DNA from: Ignavibacteriota bacterium
GTDB taxonomy: Bacteria; Bacteroidota; Ignavibacteria; Palsa-1295
Direction of reading: 5' to 3'
Assembly: GCA_963736195.1 (NCBI GenBank)
Contig: CAVTNP010000001.1
Coordinates: forward strand, 1,717,068 to 1,781,067
DNA: 64,000 nt
Positions 60,664 through 64,000 of this stretch are shown piece by piece. The translations under genes and the position numbers were made by a program. The notes below the pieces were generated by a model. That model worked only from the letters and a program-made list of their open reading frames with translations. It made no database searches and was not told the DNA's origin. Numbering within the stretch: the stretch's first letter is position 1; the number at the start of each line of letters is the position of its first letter.

Positions 60664-61500
60664 ATGCAAAAAAAAATTATAATGCCCGAATTCAGCGAAA
60701 AACCTTATGTTTTCGGTACTCACACCGCTGAGCTTGAACGGCTCGGACTTCAGCACCGTGTGTGGCGGCCGGATGTAACCGATGCTTGGCGGCGGGCGGG
60801 ATTTACCACCGGTCAGACGATTCTCGATCTTGGATCGGGACCGGGTTTTCTTAGCATGGATCTGGCGGAGATCGTTGGGCCATCCGGGCGTGTGATCGCG
60901 TTGGATAGATCGTCCAATTTTCTGAATTATCTCGATGCCGAAGCTCAAAAGAAAAGATTGCACAATATCTCCACGCATTGCGTGAATCTCGATGAAGATG
61001 AGATTCCCAGCGTTGCCCTCGACGGCGCGTATGCGCGGTGGCTTTTTGCGTTTCTTCGGAACCCGAAAGGATTGTTGGAGCAGGTTGTAAAAAATTTGCG
61101 CAAAGGTGGCACCTTCGTTCTTCACGAGTATTTCCATTATCATACATTCGGCTTTACATCACCTTCACCGGCGTTCGATGTGTTTATTGCAGCAGTGCTG
61201 AAGGGGTGGTATGCGGAAGGAGGCAAGCCCGATATTGCACCGGAACTTCTAAGGTGGTGCCAGGAACTTAGCCTGACTATTGAATCGGTCAAGCCGATCG
61301 TCCATGTTGTAACTCCCGAAAGCTACATCTGGCAATGGCCGAAATCGTTTGTGGAAGTATCGCCGTGGCGGCTTGCCGAACTTGGATATATGTCCAAGGC
61401 TGAAGTGGAATCATTACAGCGGGAGTTTCGCGGTTTCGAACAGGATGGCCATACTCGAGTGATCACGCCTGCCGTGCTAGAGATTATTGCCAGAAAGTAG
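60664..61500 (+). CDS. class I SAM-dependent methyltransferase
   Basis: ILDLGSGPGFLS is motif I, and VIALDRS is the motif II context. Confidence 0.7.
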   Translation: MQKKIIMPEFSEKPYVFGTHTAELERLGLQHRVWRPDVTDAWRRAGFTTGQTILDLGSGPGFLSMDLAEIVGPSGRVIALDRSSNFLNYLDAEAQKKRLHNISTHCVNLDEDEIPSVALDGAYARWLFAFLRNPKGLLEQVVKNLRKGGTFVLHEYFHYHTFGFTSPSPAFDVFIAAVLKGWYAEGGKPDIAPELLRWCQELSLTIESVKPIVHVVTPESYIWQWPKSFVEVSPWRLAELGYMSKAEVESLQREFRGFEQDGHTRVITPAVLEIIARK

Positions 61501-61683
61501 AGGTCTGCCTCTCGATCTGTTTGGGTGCAGGCGTTCATCAGATGCACTCGACCATTCATTGCTTTATTTTTTGGATGAATTGTCGAGCTTTGTGTTTGAT
61601 GCCTTGGAAAGCTCTCAAGACACTAGCGTGGATGAATACTATCCATGGGGTGATCCAAATTTTTCGGCATAATCCAGGTTCAC

Positions 61684-62691
61684 ATGTTTTTTATTGATCA
61701 AGCTCAGATTCGGATCGAAGCCGGCAATGGTGGTGATGGAGTTGTCTCTTGGCGGCGGGAGAAATACGTGCCGAAAGGCGGTCCGGATGGCGGTAATGGC
61801 GGCCATGGTGGTAACGTGTATTTCGAGGCAGATCCTGAGCTTGGCACCCTGCTGGATTTTCGCTACCGGCGGATTCACAAGGCAGAGGATGGCGGAAAGG
61901 GAGCTGGCAAGCTCTGTACCGGCAGAAGTGGAGAGGATCTTGTCATACGCGTCCCGATCGGGACGGAAATTCGTTCAACGCAATCGGGTTTAACCGTTGC
62001 TGACCTTACCGAACCTCACCAGCGCATACTCGTGGCTCGCGGTGGTAAGGGGGGGCTTGGCAATGCTGAGTTCAAGTCGGCGACCAACCAAGCTCCACGG
62101 AAGCAAACGAATGGCAAACCTGGAGAAGCCTTCGATTTGGAGTTGGAATTGAAGCTTCTTGCCGATGTGGCGCTTGTCGGATTCCCAAATGCTGGGAAAT
62201 CCACGCTCATCTCTCGAGTTTCTGCGGCGCGTCCTAAGATCGCTGATTACCCATTCACGACACTCGTACCTAATTTGGGTATTGTCCAGGCCCCGGAAGA
62301 GCACAGATCGTTTGTTGTGGCCGATATTCCAGGTTTGATCGAAGGAGCAAGCGAAGGGAAGGGGCTTGGATTACAATTTCTTCGGCATATTGAGAGGAGC
62401 CGAGTACTCCTGTTTTTGCTCGACGGGACTTCGACCGACCCAGATCCCCGGAAGTCCTACAAAACTCTGATAAAGGAGCTCCAAAAGTTCAATCCCGAGC
62501 TGCTGGACAAGCCCCGAATCATTGCGATAACCAAGGCCGATGCAATGCCTCCCGATGCGTTACGAGCTTGCGCTCGTATGCGAATCGATAAGCAAAAACC
62601 GCTGACCATCAGCGCCGTTTCCGGCGAAAATATAAGCGTGCTTATCCAAATGCTATGGGATGCAATCGGTGCATTTCGCTCTGGCTCTTAG
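61684..62691 (+). CDS. obg: GTPase Obg/CgtA
   Basis: The Obg fold Gly-rich N-domain (GGDGVVSWRREKYVPKGGPDGGNGGHGGNV), then G1 GFPNAGKST, G3 DIPGLIEGA, G4 TKAD. Confidence 0.9.
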   Translation: MFFIDQAQIRIEAGNGGDGVVSWRREKYVPKGGPDGGNGGHGGNVYFEADPELGTLLDFRYRRIHKAEDGGKGAGKLCTGRSGEDLVIRVPIGTEIRSTQSGLTVADLTEPHQRILVARGGKGGLGNAEFKSATNQAPRKQTNGKPGEAFDLELELKLLADVALVGFPNAGKSTLISRVSAARPKIADYPFTTLVPNLGIVQAPEEHRSFVVADIPGLIEGASEGKGLGLQFLRHIERSRVLLFLLDGTSTDPDPRKSYKTLIKELQKFNPELLDKPRIIAITKADAMPPDALRACARMRIDKQKPLTISAVSGENISVLIQMLWDAIGAFRSGS

Positions 62692-63297
62692 CCAGCAGTG
62701 AGCAACTACTTATTTAAGTACGAAGGATGATAGCGCTACGATAACCGTCAGCAAAGAGGCTATTTCTAAAAATAGTCTTCGAGTGGTAACTTCTGGACGT
62801 CCAAACATAATGAACCCTGAAATGTGGCAAGTCTTGCGGGGTTGAAAAACACTCAAGGATAGGGATCCTGGGATATTCGCCCCGGCAGAACCAAACTAAT
62901 TTGTTTCTAAACTATTGATTTAACTAAACTTAGAGTCGACGGAGGGGCAAACCTCGAATCGAACCTGCACAAATTTACGACATTTATCCACACAATGCAA
63001 GGAAATTGACGACAAAAATAGATGTCCCAAAGAAAGAAATGTGAAGAACTTACTTATCAACATTTTTCACCACAAATCTACACTACACCGTGCATTTAGG
63101 TTCGCCGTCATAAATGCAGTCATTCGAACCAATCGGTCGAAGCTGCGGTCAGAGTTCGATGAATAATTCGGGCTTCGATTTCCATACACCAAGAAAGATA
63201 AACCTGAAATAGGTACGACCAATCGGAAGGGCGGGATTATTCCAAACAGTCTTTTCTATCTGCGGAACCTACTGATTTCGCTGGGCATTTAAGGCTC

Positions 63298-63370
63298 GCT
63301 TCCTTAGCTCAGTTGGTAGAGCAACTGACTCTTAATCAGTGGGTCGCCGGTTCGAGCCCGGCAGGAAGCA
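63298..63370 (+). tRNA. tRNA-Lys (anticodon CTT)
   Basis: Cloverleaf: acceptor GCTTCCT/AGGAAGC, D stem GCTC/GAGC, anticodon stem ACTGA/TCAGT with loop CTCTTAA, T stem GCCGG/CCGGC with loop TTCGAGC. No CCA is encoded. Confidence 0.9.
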
Positions 63371-63570
63371 CACCTATTAAATTCGAGTAGTGAGTACCGA
63401 GTTTTTTTTCTTTTTTACGGGCCTTGAAGAAGTCTTGCTGGGGGTTTGTCTTACTATTGTGCGTTTCCTGCGCTCCAACGCGGTTTGTTGAGCCAGTACC
63501 GGATGGGCACATAAATGTTACCGCCTCGTTAGGCGGACCGTTCTTCGATTTCTCAGGTACAACAATTCCG

Positions 63571-64000
63571 ATGCCTCTCACATCCGTTGCTGCGGGATAT
63601 GGCTATTCCGATAAACTCACGCTATCTGGAGGTTTGCAAACAACCTCGCTTTTATTCGATGATCTTCAACTGGATCTCGGAGCATTGCAGGAACTCAATC
63701 AGCAAGATCAGTTCATTCCAGCGGTCTCCGTATGTCCAGTCGCGAATTTGTTTTTAGCAATGCGTGATGGAAGTTTTCGTATATGGCCTGAGGGGGATGT
63801 CAACTTCTATTGGCATTATGGCAGTAGCGGGAACCTCATTTACCTTACAAGCAGCAATTGGTTTGACCTAACCTCTTCGCGCGCGGACGATGAGCCACAA
63901 ACTCGGCATTGGGTCACAAATATCGGATTGGGTCATCGTTTTGAAGGTACACATTGGCAATATACCATTGAAGCGAAGTATCTCGAAGTTGGCATTCCAA
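63571..64000 (+). CDS. hypothetical protein (partial, runs off the window end)
   Basis: The reading frame is open from the ATG at 63571 to the window edge (MPLTSVAAGYGYSDKLTLSGG...). The start is not verified. Confidence 0.3.
   Translation, partial: MPLTSVAAGYGYSDKLTLSGGLQTTSLLFDDLQLDLGALQELNQQDQFIPAVSVCPVANLFLAMRDGSFRIWPEGDVNFYWHYGSSGNLIYLTSSNWFDLTSSRADDEPQTRHWVTNIGLGHRFEGTHWQYTIEAKYLEVGIP

Noticed and set aside
63336-63581. 81 aa minus-strand ORF overlapping tRNA-Lys
   Set aside because: It overlaps a well-folded tRNA and its sequence has low coding plausibility.

Overview
A 64 kb chromosomal segment, probably from an FCB-group bacterium (Bacteroidota/Ignavibacteriota/Chlorobiota-like). 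The phylum call rests on the several secreted proteins that end in T9SS-type C-terminal sorting domains, and on a KorAB/NfnAB redox operon. Housekeeping genes read from the protein sequences are rpsA, dinB, trmO, ribBA, yajC, ptsN-like, hisS, korAB, nfnAB, lptB, an N-terminal clpB fragment and obg. RNA genes are a complete 16S rRNA gene that is followed by a terminator and a CDS instead of tRNAs/23S, plus tRNA-Val(CAC) and tRNA-Lys(CTT). Accessory content is dense and falls into six groups. (1) An AT-rich island lies between rpsA and the 16S gene and carries hicB-hicA plus a two-gene cassette of unknown function. The cassette is a 550 aa protein with a C-terminal HEPN-like R-x5-H motif and a 217 aa membrane-anchored protein; each unit is preceded by a copy of the same ~46 nt element. 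(2) Two toxin-antitoxin-like pairs, BrnT/BrnA and DUF4258/DUF2283, are each bounded by a partial copy of the 3' end of ribBA; this suggests serial integration at one attachment site. (3) A ~6.9 kb gene encodes a ~2300 aa secreted fibrous protein, currently broken by a frameshift. It contains 12 near-identical collagen-like G-X-Y tracts alternating with a ~46 aa WW...DYYFE...NGEVY module, NGGTG tail-fibre-like repeats and YadA-head-like SxAxG repeats. (4) korAB-nfnAB are co-oriented with a ~725 aa protein of unknown function that ends in a single-cluster ferredoxin domain. (5) clpB is cut after ~439 aa at an AT-rich segment, and a ~190 nt long palindrome lies nearby. (6) Several repeat families are present, including ~175-200 bp inverted copies that flank an 11.5 kb 16S-containing segment, and GC-rich hairpin repeats. 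No CRISPR array was seen. All functional calls come from reading the ORF translations for motifs, with no database searches run. Starts are approximate and several are probably downstream of the longest-ORF start.
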